Source of the DNA: Okamejei kenojei
Taxonomy: Eukaryota
Assembly (NCBI GenBank): GCA_035221665.1
Contig: CM069143.1
Location: 19,344,001-19,408,000, forward strand
DNA length: 64,000 nt
Direction of reading: 5' to 3'
The notes under the pieces were generated by a model that saw only the letters and a list, made by a program, of their open reading frames with translations, was not told the origin of the DNA and made no database searches. This document shows positions 13,289 to 25,652 of this stretch, in pieces. Every line of letters starts with the position of its first letter. Position 1 is the first letter of the stretch. The position numbers and the translations under genes are program-made.

Positions 13289-15789
13289 TCATGAAAGTGA
13301 TCTTTGTGCGATTTTCACAGACGACACAAACGAACAAACACATACAAAACAACAAGGAGCAGTACACCATGGCAGCCATTGTCGGCGCCAGTACCAAGTG
13401 ACCGCTTATGATTCTCTTTACGGAACATAGGGAATAAAATAAAAACATGAACATGAAAAGTATAATTGTGAGAGTGTTAACAGAAGCAGCAAAAGTTAAG
13501 AGGAAGTACTCTATCTTTTAAAGTTTTTTTTAATTATTAACAATAATCAATGTCTAATGGAATGAGCCTCGATATACATGTTAAATTTACAGTTATCAGA
13601 CAGTCATTTGGCAATTATTCACACTTATGTAGTTGTTGGAAGTTTGCATCAATTTGAAAGCTCTTGTTGGCATTTTGCTGAGCACTCAATAGATAAAGTT
13701 AGTAGCTTCATAAATTTGCTTGTTGAATGTTTTGCAAGCTACCTTCCCAATAGAGGTGACTGGAACAGAAATGTTCTAATTTTCACGTTTAAGAGTGTTT
13801 AAATATGAACTTGATTTCTCTTATACGATTCGGGATTTTTTTTTTGTGGAAATTGATGCTTTTGTGAAAAGTAAGCCAGGTTACTTTTTACTGTGCATCA
13901 GTTATTGGCCTGGCAAAGTTTGTAGTGAATTTCCATCTTGAACAACTGCAATGTATCTGGTAAAGTTACTTCCACATTGGTGTCTGATAGTGAAATCTAG
14001 GGTTTATACCAATGGATAACAAGTCAACAGCAATATATTTACGTTGGGATTTGTGTCACTTGGAAGAAAACCTGCAGGTGGTGCTAAACCCCTGCAGCAG
14101 CTGTGGTTTCATCAGTGGTACATGACCCAAGCTTGGGAAATACTGTTGGAGTAACACAAGAGCTAATAGCAGCGCGTTGTTCGCTGGACATCCATTGAAA
14201 TGGAGATCCTTCTTTTTTGTCAGTAAGATTTAACATTTTGTTCCGTAATTGACATTGACAGCTTTTTAAAATATTGTGGGAGTGTTCAGAAAGCATATTA
14301 CATATTTAAATCAGGTTCTGGATGAAACATTCTTCCTCAGATCCCCTCTAAATCATCTGCCCCATGACATAAACCTAGCCTTCTGGTTATGTATAGTCTG
14401 CTAATTATATCTATGCCCCTTATTTTTTTTGGTATACCTCAATCAGGTGAGGAACAATTGATGCAAACGTACGTGAATGCCAAGGGGGGATGGTTACATT
14501 TGCTCTTGTTGAACAAGGTGATTGTAACGTGCATGATGCAAGTATTTATTACCACTAGTCAGTCTTTGCCTGAGTGATATATAATCTCTGTTGCTTGATG
14601 ATATGAGCTGGTTCATTAAATCAGTTGAAAATTTGACCGATTGTAAAATTTGATGCATTTTCATAGTTGAAGACAAAATTTAGGAATGTGGTAAATCGGT
14701 AATGACAACAAAGTTGTTTTATGCATATCAAGTTTCCGTCTAGGCATATGGTATATGTAACTTTAAATAAAATTCCAGGTACCTGAAGGTATAACACTGA
14801 AGTGGAATATTGCACCGCAACCTCATGGTCACGGAGATGTCATTTATAATTTGACCAAGAGCATTTTCAGTGCTGTGCAGCAAGAAACCTAAAATCATAT
14901 TCAAGCTCCAGAAGGGAAGATTGGAGTTGAGACAACAATTTACATTGGCAAATGGATAATGACTGTGTTGCAAGTCTGAGAAATTAGATGTTTTTACATT
15001 GCTGCCAGGAAAGGAAATCAGGTGGTCAACAGCTTGATAGGAATTCAAAATTTGACTTTTTATGCTAATTTTGACCAGTATCAGGACTTGTAATGTGCAA
15101 TCAATTACAGATTAATTCAGGAACATGATTGATTAAGATTGTTTTTTATGGTGAAAGGCTGACATTGATCTGTTCTGTGTGGTGGTTCTTCAATCTATGC
15201 AAAACATTTCACAGTGTGTCAAAGTTGCTGTTTTTTTTGCAGAGAACTACTTCAGTGTTAAATAGCCACAGTGCTATCAGAGTATTAATCTTTACCATGA
15301 ACTATCAAACCTGCACAGTTATCCAGTTTCCGTGCAGCCTTGATGTTAGCTTTAGAAAGCTGTAAACGAGATCAGCTTTGCTCCAGGCAGACTCTCACTT
15401 AACTGCCTACTTCCTTGCTTTTATGTCTTGCTTCTGTGCCTCTTCCAGACTCGGCTATCACAGTTGGATAGATCCTATATCTTTTCAATTGTTTGAAACA
15501 GCCATTCTCTGATGTTATACAATGTTAAAAACAGCAGCAGAAAATACTCTTGCAAGGTGACAACTGCTGACAAAGGAAGAAGGTGGTTTAGCTTTCAACA
15601 TTGCAGGGTTAGATCATATAAGCAATAGGGACTTGGAATTTCCTCTGGGCATTTAATAGATGCAGATTGAACTTTTGGCAAGGAGGTGGTTACAGCTGTC
15701 ATTTTACCAATTTTGTTTTGAAATGCAAATCTAGCAAAGTGCTTGAAAATTGTGAGTACTCGGTCACTATTTAAAAAAAAACATTGTTA

Positions 15790-16973
15790 CAGTGCCCTTC
15801 ATAATGTTTGGGACAAAGATTCATCATTTATTCATTTGCCTCTGTACACAATTTAAGATTTGTAATAGGAAAAACTCACATATGGTTAAAGTGCACATTG
15901 TCAGATTTTAATAAAGGCCATTTTAATACATTTTTGTTTTCACCATGTAGAAATTACAGCAGTGTTTATAGAAAGTCCCCCCATTTCAGGGCACCATAAT
16001 GTTTGGGACACAGTAATGGCATGTAAATGAAAATAGTCATGTTTAGTATTTTGTTGCATATCCTTTGCATGCAATGACTGCTTGAAGTCTGCGATTCATG
16101 TAATGTTGCCGGGTGTCTTCTCTGCTGATGCTATGTCAGGCCTGTATTGCAGCCATCTTTAGCTTATGCTTGTTTTGGGGGCAAGTCCCCTTCAGTTTTC
16201 TGTTCAGTACATAAAAGGCATGCTAAGTTGCGCTCACATCGGGTGATTGACTTAACCACTCAAGAATTGACCATTTCTAGCTTTGAAAAGCTCCTTTGTT
16301 GCTTTAGCAGTATGTTTGGGACCATTGTCTAACTGTAGAATGAACCACCTGCCAATGCGTTTTGAGGCATTTGTTTGAACTTGAGCAGTTAGGATGGGTC
16401 TTCCAAATTCATTGTGCTACTACCATCAGCAGTTGTATCATCAATGAAGATAAGTGAGCCAGTACCTTCATCCGTCATACATGCGCAGGCCATAACACCC
16501 CCACCACCGTGTTTCACAGATGAGGTGGTATGCTTTGGATCTTGGGCAGTTCCTTTTCTCCTCCATACTTTGCTCTTGCCATCACTCCGATATAAGTTAA
16601 TCTTCGTCTCATCTGTCCTTAAGACCTTTTTCCAGAACTGTGGCTGCTCGTTAAGTACTTTGTGGCAAACTGTAACCTGGCCATCCTATTTTTGCGGCTA
16701 ACCAGTGGTTTGCATCTTGCAGTGTAGCCTCTGTATTTCTGTTCCTGAGGTCTTCTGCGGCAGTGATCATTGACAAATCCACACCTTACCTCTGAAGAGT
16801 GTTTCTGATTTGTTGGACAGGTGTTTGAGGAGTATTCCTTATTATAGAGAGTATTCTTCTGTCATCAGCTGTGGAGATGTTCCTTGTCCTGCCAGTCCCT
16901 TTGCGATTAGTAAGCTCACCAATGCTCTCTTCCTTCTTCATGATGTTCCAAACAGTTGATATGGAGGGCACTG
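15790..16973 (-). mobile_element. Tc1 (IR/DR-type) transposon with internal deletions
   Basis: TA|CAGTGCCCTTCATAATG...ATGGAGGGCACTG|TA. Inner DR CATAATGTTTGGGACA. Transposase remnant STVWNIMKK..GRTR..ADDRRI. Confidence 0.92.
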
Positions 16974-19900
16974 TAATTATGGATCAGTTAGCTTAACATC
17001 AGTAAATTACTACTGAAGACTATTTGCGGAAATACTCGTGAATAATAGTAAAATTGTAAAATTTTGAGCTTATACATTGCTCTTCTACGGCAGAGTGGAT
17101 TTTGAGCAGCTAGTGGCCATATCGAAAAAGGAAAAATAATGCACTTCCTTATGCCATTTTAGAACCCCAAATCATGGTGTCAAAATGTTCTCTCCTAATA
17201 ATGTTAAGACTATACTACCATGCATTCACAATGGACAGTCTACTGATTAAAATAGTGGTTTCCTTAATGCTGTTATTCACAGGATGAAAAACTGAATATT
17301 GTAAAGATTAGTGAACCTCTGTGGCATGATTTACAGTACCAAAAGGTGGTGAAGCATACCTTTTGCATGCTGCACTCATAATTTAGAGGCATAGATTAAT
17401 TATTGAAAAAACGTGAAGTCCAATCTCATCTTCGAAATTTACAATTGAAATGTTTAAAGAAAACAAGCAACACCTGAAATTATTTTGAAGAATTTACTCA
17501 TTTGTATCTTTTGGCAACTAAAGAGATGTCATGGAGGTATCTGAATGTTTTGGCACAGTGAATGACAAGATGAATTTCTCTTGTGTAATCTTTAGCGTGG
17601 CTGGTGTTGGAAGCATTTATACAAACATCAAATACAGTTTGTGGCTAATTTCTGCATGCTGATGTTGCCAAGCACAAGGATTGAGTGATTAAAGTACTAA
17701 TTTTGATATATATTCATAGAGGAAAGTTAAAATAAGAAAGTTTCCAAAATCCAAGAGAATAATGCTGGAAAAGAAAACATTTGGAGAAAATAACATTGTA
17801 TTCATTTGAGCAAACATGGTGAAACTAAAAAGTTTGAAAATGGAGTTTGAGGTGCTAAATATGGGTAAAATTCTTTCCTTAGGCAGTGAAATTTTGATTT
17901 TTATGTTAATAGTTTGGAAGAGAATGTAAGAAGTTCTGTTGAGTTTGCAAATATATAATACAGAATATAATACAGAGCCAGGATTACCCTCAATGTTAGT
18001 AGACAACGCCGCATTAAAGGGTGGTTAGATACATATTTGAAATACAGATAGATGAAAAGAATATGAAGTGGATATGCCTGCTGCGAAATTGACAAAACCA
18101 TTATGGATTAGGTAGTCTCCATTCCTGATGAAGATATCTTTGATTCCAAGATACACTTAATGTGTTTTCTCAATGTTTTACAGTGAGTGTGATAATGATG
18201 GAATATTTTTTTTATTTACAGTGAATAAATTAAGGCTGCATCTTGATATTACCACTGCACTTTTTGAAAGATTTATAACGACTTTGTTCCATTTACAGAA
18301 ATGAAACATATTTTGGTTACTTTGCATCACTAACGATTCAAAAGCTTGTGATACTTTTATAATGGGGAGTCCTATTGTTGAATTAAAGCATTTACTTACA
18401 GGTTGCCAGATTTGTTTTAGTTCTCTTGGGATTTGGTTCTTTTGGGAATAATTTACATAGGTAAATGACTGAGACTAAACGTCAGTTTGAACCTCGAATC
18501 TAAATTACTCTGACATCAATGTTTTACACTTGGTTTGTACATGATAATGACTATAGTAATTTGGGAATGGAGGTGATAATGTATTGCTTTTAAACACTCA
18601 TAAGGTGCTGCTATATTTGCGCTGTTTTTGCCACTAGTTACTACGTCAGCAATTAAGGGCTACCTATTAGTTTGAGAAATGTTATAATGTATCTGAAAAT
18701 AATGGCCTGTGTTAAAGGAAGGTGATATTATATTGTGCCATTTAATCCTGGAAACAACCATGCATTTGACACCTTGTTACATCTTTGAGCTTTTTCACCT
18801 TTTGGTCTTTTTTCCTTTAGATTTTAAATCTGTGCTATTGACATCTAGTGTTTTTACAGTTAAATCTTGTGCAGATAGTTATATTTGAGAGTAAGAAATT
18901 CTCATTCATTTACAACAATTAATGATAAAAGTGCGAACTGAAAAAAAAGGTAAAATGTGAGTATACATTTGAACAGCAAAAGACTTTGATCTTTGTATTA
19001 AATACTGAAGCCATTTGAAACAAATTTGTAAAGTGATGAGTTTGTTCAAAAATGACAGGTCAAGACTAATCCCATTTTCAAGTAAAAGATGCCATAATAA
19101 TAGGATAAGTACCAAGAACATGTTTTACCTAATTTCACTTTGAAGCAGTTGGACCAATTGGATTAGATGACATTGGTAATTTTATCTGTTAACATTACCT
19201 CCATTTGTGAACAATATTTATATGGTTTAGAATAAATAATATTTGAGTAATACTATGTAAGCAGACTTCAGATTGACTCATGAAAATCAAAGATACTGCT
19301 GAAATCTACAGAATTTCATCTAGAAAAAGTGTTGGTTTGCTCAGAGACTATCCTATTAATTTTCTAAAAAAATTCTTTGTAAAAAAGGACATTTCCAAAA
19401 GTTAAAATATTGCAAAACTGTAAATTTGTTGCAAAAATAGAAATACATGGAAATACTCCCACAATTCAGCTAGTTAGTGTGGAAGCTATTGACATTTCAG
19501 GGCAATGGTGTTTCATTGGAACAAGGAGACACTCGATTGTTGGGGATATTTGATGTGTGGACTTGACTGTTCTTGCATAACAGATCCTTTCGCATCATTT
19601 AAAGTGCATACGATGGAATGATTTGTTTGCGGTGGCATCATGATGAAGGAGACAAAAAGGCAAACTGTGATCAGTTGAATATAGATTCTAAAGATGGAGC
19701 ATAGGTACTGACACTGCAGTTATGGGAGAGGATGAGAGAATGACAACAGAACTGCAGGCAATGGCATAAACATGGTTAAGAAACCTCTACTTCATGGTGG
19801 AAATTAATCCTTGGTTGAGCAGGAATGAAGATTTATTTGATGTGGGAGGTATCATTGTCAGAGCAGATGTGATAAAGGAGGAGAACATTTCAGTGAGTCC

Positions 19901-20773
19901 AATATGGACTGTAATCCATTCCGAAAAATTCTGATAAGAGTTTGAAGATGGGAGGGGAAATGTAAGTAATGGACCATGTGAAAGTGAGTGAGCAGTGGAA
20001 ATTGCAAGCAAAATAAATAAAAATGTATAATTTTAGGTCTGAGCAGAAACACGTGGACATAATCACTAATATACCAGGGAAAAATTAAGGGGGGGAAATC
20101 TTACTTAAATAGACTGACACAAGGAATTTTGTACAAAAATGGCATGCATGTCTTGGACTGCTATGGTTTTCGATAGAAACAACTTTTATTTGGGAAAAGT
20201 AAAGTCAAAAGAGAAGCTGTTTGGTGCAAAAAGGAGGGTCACTTGGTGAAAGGTTGGAACCTTGTTTGGGTCTTGTCCAAGAACAAAGTTGTAACCTTCA
20301 ATGATAACCATTTTTGTTCTCTGCCTATCTGTCTGTCTGTCTCCTTAATATCTGATTCTCTGTCTGTCTGTCTCCTTAATATTTTATTTTTCAGGAATTT
20401 AGGTGAGAGAATAGTATGCATTTTGCAAGCAAATGTCAGCATATCTCCTCTAGCAGAAGTAAAGTGAAGTACAAAGGTCTAGAAATTAATGTTGCATTGT
20501 GTTAATTTTCTGAGTACATTTATTTACAGAGTTGAATATAAATTCAGACCATTTCTGGGTTGAATCAAGGATTTCTGGAAATTCAGCTTTATACGATGGA
20601 GTCAATTCCATCTTGCAATTTTTGAGTCAGAATCCTTCAATGGACACAACCAGGACAATTGTATTTTCTTAGTGTTCTGTCTGGGACCCTGCTCCAATGC
20701 TATTGACTTTCTTATTGAGGATTTAAACTCATTCTTCAGTGTATTTTCCCAAGCGCCACCACCATGAAGATCT

Positions 20774-20919
20774 TCTTCTTCTTCCACTGCTTTTGTGTGG
20801 CGTGCACAGCCTAAAGTTGTAGGACAACTTGTTCTATTTGATCTTCCGTTTGTGCACGTCGAGTTGATTGCATTAGTCGAAACAGGGTGGATCACGTGAA
20901 GGTTGCAAACTTCCACCCC
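20774..20919 (-). mobile_element. 146-bp SINE-like retroelement with 5' HDV-like ribozyme and (GAA)n tail
   Basis: 13-bp TSD ACCATGAAGATCT (20761-20773, 20920-20932). TCTTCTTCTTC tail. 5' 54 nt fit the HDV double pseudoknot. Confidence 0.85.
20866..20919 (-). ncRNA. HDV-like self-cleaving ribozyme (compact, minimal P4)
   Basis: GGGGUGG-AAG-UUUGCA-ACC-UUCACGU-GAU-CCACCCU-G-UUUCGA-C-UAA-UGCAAUC: 7-bp P1 with G1-U wobble, P2 UUGCA/UGCAA, P3 ACC/GAU (one mismatch), L3 UUCACGU, catalytic-C equivalent at 20876. Confidence 0.78.
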
Positions 20920-21459
20920 ACCATGAAGATCTGATCTCTGGATACCCTTCTCCTATCAACATCTCCAGGCTGTCTGTTTTATCTGACTCTCTTGGGCCTG
21001 ATTGGGTCTTAGGTGCAGAATTTGTATTTGAATGTGGTAACTAATGCTGTGCCCAAGGATACCGAGGTTTGAAATGATGGGCACACAACCAACATGGTCA
21101 TTGTTGTATTTTGCCTTGGAGTCTTCCTTCAAGCCACAGGCCTATGCTGTGATATTTCAATAATGCATTGCAAACTACCTTTGATCCATGTTAAATATTA
21201 CAGAGTATTGTTGAACATTAAATCATATTATTAGAACCTTCTTCTCGGCACCACCTCCCAGTGGCACAGAATATTAAGAATATTAACTGCTTAATTAATA
21301 TGGATTTTTTTAATCAGTTATTCTTGAAATGAATACCCTTTATTTTTTACCAGATGAACATGTTCAAATAATCTACATATTTAAGGGGGCGGAGGGGGGG
21401 GAATTTCAGCACGTATTGTAAATTAAATACTTCAGTACAACTATTTTGTAATGATTAGG

Positions 21460-23128
21460 TGGATGGTCCCCGATCCATGATGGGGTCTATCCCAGATTAT
21501 TAAGAGAGGCAAGAGAGGAGATTGTTGGGGCTTAACAGAGATATATGTATCCTCTCTAGCTCCAGTTGAGGTCCCGAAGGACTGGGGAGAAGGCAATGTT
21601 CTTTTGATTAAGAAGGGCAGCAGAGATAATTCAGAAAAGTATAGGCTGATGTGTTTTACAATGGTAGGCAAGTCATTGGAGACGATTCTGAGTGTTAGAA
21701 TTACTAAAATTTCCAAAAACATGGGCTTATGCGGGATGTCAGCATGGCTTTGTGCATTGGAAGTCATGTCTCATGCACAGCTGAGTTTTTTGAGCAGATG
21801 ACGAATGTGATTGATGAGGGTAGAGGAAGGGATGTTATGAAATTGAGGATCTATACAGCATCGAGACATGCCGGTCAGCCCACCCAGGTAGAATTTCTCT
21901 ATTGATAACATCTCACAGTTGTCGGACATGACGTTACTGAGAGATCGTTCAGTGAGGCCATATGTGTAAAGCTGAGAAATAAAAAAAGGATGTTCACCTT
22001 GTTGAGGTTGCATTACATTTGGTCAACAGGAATGAAAAGGAACACATATGCCAGGAAATTGCAGTCAGCTGCAAGACGAGTATAGTTGTCATAGTAGGGG
22101 ATTTTAACTTCCTCACTACAGGCTAGGATGGTTATTGTTCCAAGGGCTTGGATATGGTGGAATTTTCAAGTATGTGCAGTAAAGTTTCCTCAGCCAATAT
22201 GTAGAGGGTCCTACAATGGAGAGGCCAAAACATGACCACTTAGGGAGTTGGCCAGGGCAAGTGGCTGAATTGTCAGTGGGTGAGTACTGTGCGGTCAGTG
22301 ACCATAGTTCAATTACGTATAGTTATATAAGGACACGGCTAGTCCACAAGTAAAAGTTTTTAATCGGTCCAAGGCCAACCTTGATGATATTAGCCAGGCT
22401 TGCACAACCTGTTTGGAGTGGTTTGTTTGTGGGCAAAGGGATGTCCAGAAAGTGTGATATTGAGAGTTGAAGGTATGCATGTCCCTCTTGAAATGAAGGG
22501 CAAGGCAAATAGGAGTAAAAAACCTTGGATGAATTAAGAAATTGGGGCGGTGGCCAGGAAAAGGAAGGCAGCAGGGATCAGGTGAATTCTATGAGGAGTA
22601 TAGGAGATTAAGGAGCATACGTAAGAAGGGAATCAGCAGGCCAAAAAGAGGGCAACGAGGTAGCTCTAGCAGATAAAGGAAAAAGGGTAACTACAGAGAA
22701 TATGGAGCTGCAGGTGATTGCTAAGGTCCTCAAGGACCTTAGGACGTGCAGGTTTGTAAATTAAATGCCTGTAAATTGCCCGTAGTGTATAGCGCATAGA
22801 ACTAGTGTAAGGGTGATGAACTTGGCAAGATAGGAATTGATTAGGGATTGGCTGCATGGTTTTCTGCAAAGGAGATCATGTCTCATGATTGAGTTTTTCG
22901 AAGAAGTAACAAAGAAGATTGATGAGAGTAAGGCCATAGATGTTGTTGATAAGGGCATCAGCAAGGTGTTTGATAAGGTGTTCCTTATGGCTCCTTGTCT
23001 TCATGGTAAAAACAAAGGAGAAATATTCAGTGATGATCTCCTGCTGCACCCCACATAGATGACCATGCTACAGAAGGCTCTGGAAGATTAAAATGCATGG
23101 GATCCAGGGTGTGCTAGCTAACGGGATA
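21460..23128 (+). mobile_element. Old rearranged CR1 LINE fragments (EN and RT regions)
   Basis: IKKGSRD..KYR, IVGDFN-like, HGFLQRRSCL..EFFEEVTKKIDE, FDKV remnants. Confidence 0.8.
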
Positions 23129-24488
23129 TGTGTCTTTTTACAATACTGGAGACATTTTGAGGAACAAGATTACTATTCAGTTTTCTACACCAATACACTG
23201 TTCCTAACAAAAATCTACCAATCGTGTGATATAATAACAATAACAGATGTAAATTAGATAACTTCAAGACAAAAATCTTTTTAATGACAGACAAATTTTC
23301 ATCATTTTACCACCAATTTAACAACAAAAATGTGACATTAAAAATGCTGCCACATTAAGTCATGAATTGTTAATTCATGAATAAACTTCATATGCCCCCT
23401 CATACATATACATTTTGATAATGATCTAGGGAAATATCTTCATCAATACCAGGAGAAAAATACAGTAACATAAAGGTAATACAGTACAGTAAAAATCCCA
23501 TAACAGTCTTTGTGCTTGGTGTCCATCGTCACACGACCGTTATCAGGGTCGGTACATCCGTAAGTTAAATCACGGAGGCTCCAAACCTCAAATGCTTTTC
23601 AAAAACTCAACGAGCGTAAGTTGAATCACGGAGGCTCCAAACATCTAATGCTTTTCAAAAACTAAACGAGGTATCCTATGGTAGTAACGATTTTTGGGCG
23701 AGTTAATTATTTTTTCTTATTTTCCAACTTAATATATCAAAAACATCGTGGTGTCAAAAACGCGACGGCCATTTACGATATATTTTCCGACTATTTTAAA
23801 TCAATAAAAACATTTTTTGGACATAAATTGGTCATCAAAACTAAGAAACCGAGCCAATTTTCAAATTGGCAACACCCTGTCTCTTGTTTAGCTGTCGTAC
23901 GGACCAAATCACTAACTTCATTCCTTCATGTCAACTTCGGGAAGCCTCGTATACGATCGTTATGGAGACATTTTACATAATAAATCAGCCCAAATCAAAC
24001 ATTCTGATGAATCATCGGCCAGCGATATAGCTTAAATCCGGTAATGTACTATTTAGATCACATTGGTGAAAATGTTCAGTTTTCGCTAATAATGTAATAT
24101 TTGTTTTCAGGGACACCAAACCTTTGCGTGTCCACTCGGATGGATGCTGTATTTTACTACATGATCAGGTGAATTAAGTGGAAACGGTGTTTGCAATTTT
24201 ATTGTTCCATGTGGTATTCATAAACATAGAAAGGAATAAGAAATATGTGCACTTACTGTGTCAACCAGGTCACTGGTGGACACCACGTGACAACCGTTAC
24301 ACAAAATGCATTTGTGTATTCTGATGCCTTGTTTTGGAAACTTGCCATCAATTTTGCTATCTTCTTATATTTTTTGTTGATACTATATTAGTCATGAACA
24401 CAATAAAGTGCTTGTCAACTTTTGTGAAGCAATTTAAAATTTGACCCCCTTTGTCACACTTTTATGTGCAGTATTGTAAAAAGACACA
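23129..24488. mobile_element. Unclassified non-autonomous TIR DNA transposon (1.36 kb) inserted in CR1
   Basis: Perfect inverted ends (A)TATGTGTCTTTTTACAATACTG / CAGTATTGTAAAAAGACACATA(T). TA or ATAT duplication. CR1 resumes on both sides. Confidence 0.85.
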
Positions 24489-25490
24489 TATAGAATCGTC
24501 CTAATGATAATGGTGGTGGTGGAAGAAGGTTGTTTTTCATACCGGAAGCCTGTGACGTGGTGTGTCTCAGGGATTGGTGCTGGTCACATTGCTGTTTTTC
24601 ATCAAAATCACTAATTTTGATGAGAATGTACAAGGCACAGATGGCAGATGACAGATGGTATCGTAGACAGTGAAAATGGTTATCAGGAATTACAGCACAA
24701 TCTTGATCAGCTGCAAAAGTAGGCCGAGAAATAGCAATTGGAGTTTAATTCAGATGTGGGAAATACAGTATTTTTGGAAGTCAAACCATGGCAGGACCTT
24801 CAGAGTAAATGGTAGGGCCCTGGGGAGTGTGGTAGAGCAGGGGGATCAGGGAGTACTAACACATAGTTCCATAAAAGTGGTGTCGCAGGCAGATAGAGTA
24901 ATGACGTGCATGTTAGGCATGCTCGCCTTCATCAGTCATGGAATCGAATGTAGAAGTTGAGACATTATGTTACAGCTATAGAAAAGGCCACACTTGAGTA
25001 TTGCGTTCAGTTTGGTCACCCTGCTTTAGGAAAGTGCCATTAAGTTGGATAGAGTGTAGAATATATTTACAAGGATGTTGCCTGGATTTTAGGGTGTGAA
25101 TTGCAAGGAGAGATTGGGCAAGAATTTTGTTCATGGGATGCAGGAGACTGAATGGTGATCTTATAGAGGCATATAAAATCATGAGGGTCATAGATTAGGT
25201 GGATGCACATGGGATTTTTCCCAGGATTGGGTAACCAACTAGAAGGCAACATTTTAAGGTGAGAGGAGAAAGACTTAATAGGAACCAAAGGGGCAATCTG
25301 TTTCGCACTGACGGTGATGGGTATATAGAACGAGCTGCCAGAGGAAGTAATTGAGGCAGGTACAATACCCACATTTAAAATATATTTGGTACATGGATCA
25401 GAAAGGTTTAGAGGAATATGGACCAAATGCAGGCTTAAACTGGGCTTCTTAGTCGGCATGGACTAGTTGGTCCGAAAGGCCAGTTGCTGT
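24489..25490 (+). mobile_element. CR1 LINE RT and 3' end (continuation of 21460-23128)
   Basis: GVSQGLVL, RPHLEY..QFW-like remnants; typical CR1 3'UTR. Confidence 0.8.
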
Positions 25491-25652
25491 CAATTATTCT
25501 AACTACCTTGATATTGTTAGAATTATGGTCACTGGTTGCTAAATGTTTCCACGCTGACACTTCAGTCACTTACACTACCTCATTCCCCTAAGTAGTTGTG
25601 CCCTATCTAGTAGGGTCCTGTATATATAGATTAGGAATTTTTTCTTGGCCAC

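Larger units (their letters stand above)
10615..13400 (-). mobile_element. Rex1/RTE-X-like LINE 5' part (endonuclease region), split by two later insertions
   Basis: Motifs [40 protein letters not shown] across ORFs 11657..11899, 11315..11527 and 10490..10948. 5' end resumes after 13289. Confidence 0.7.
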
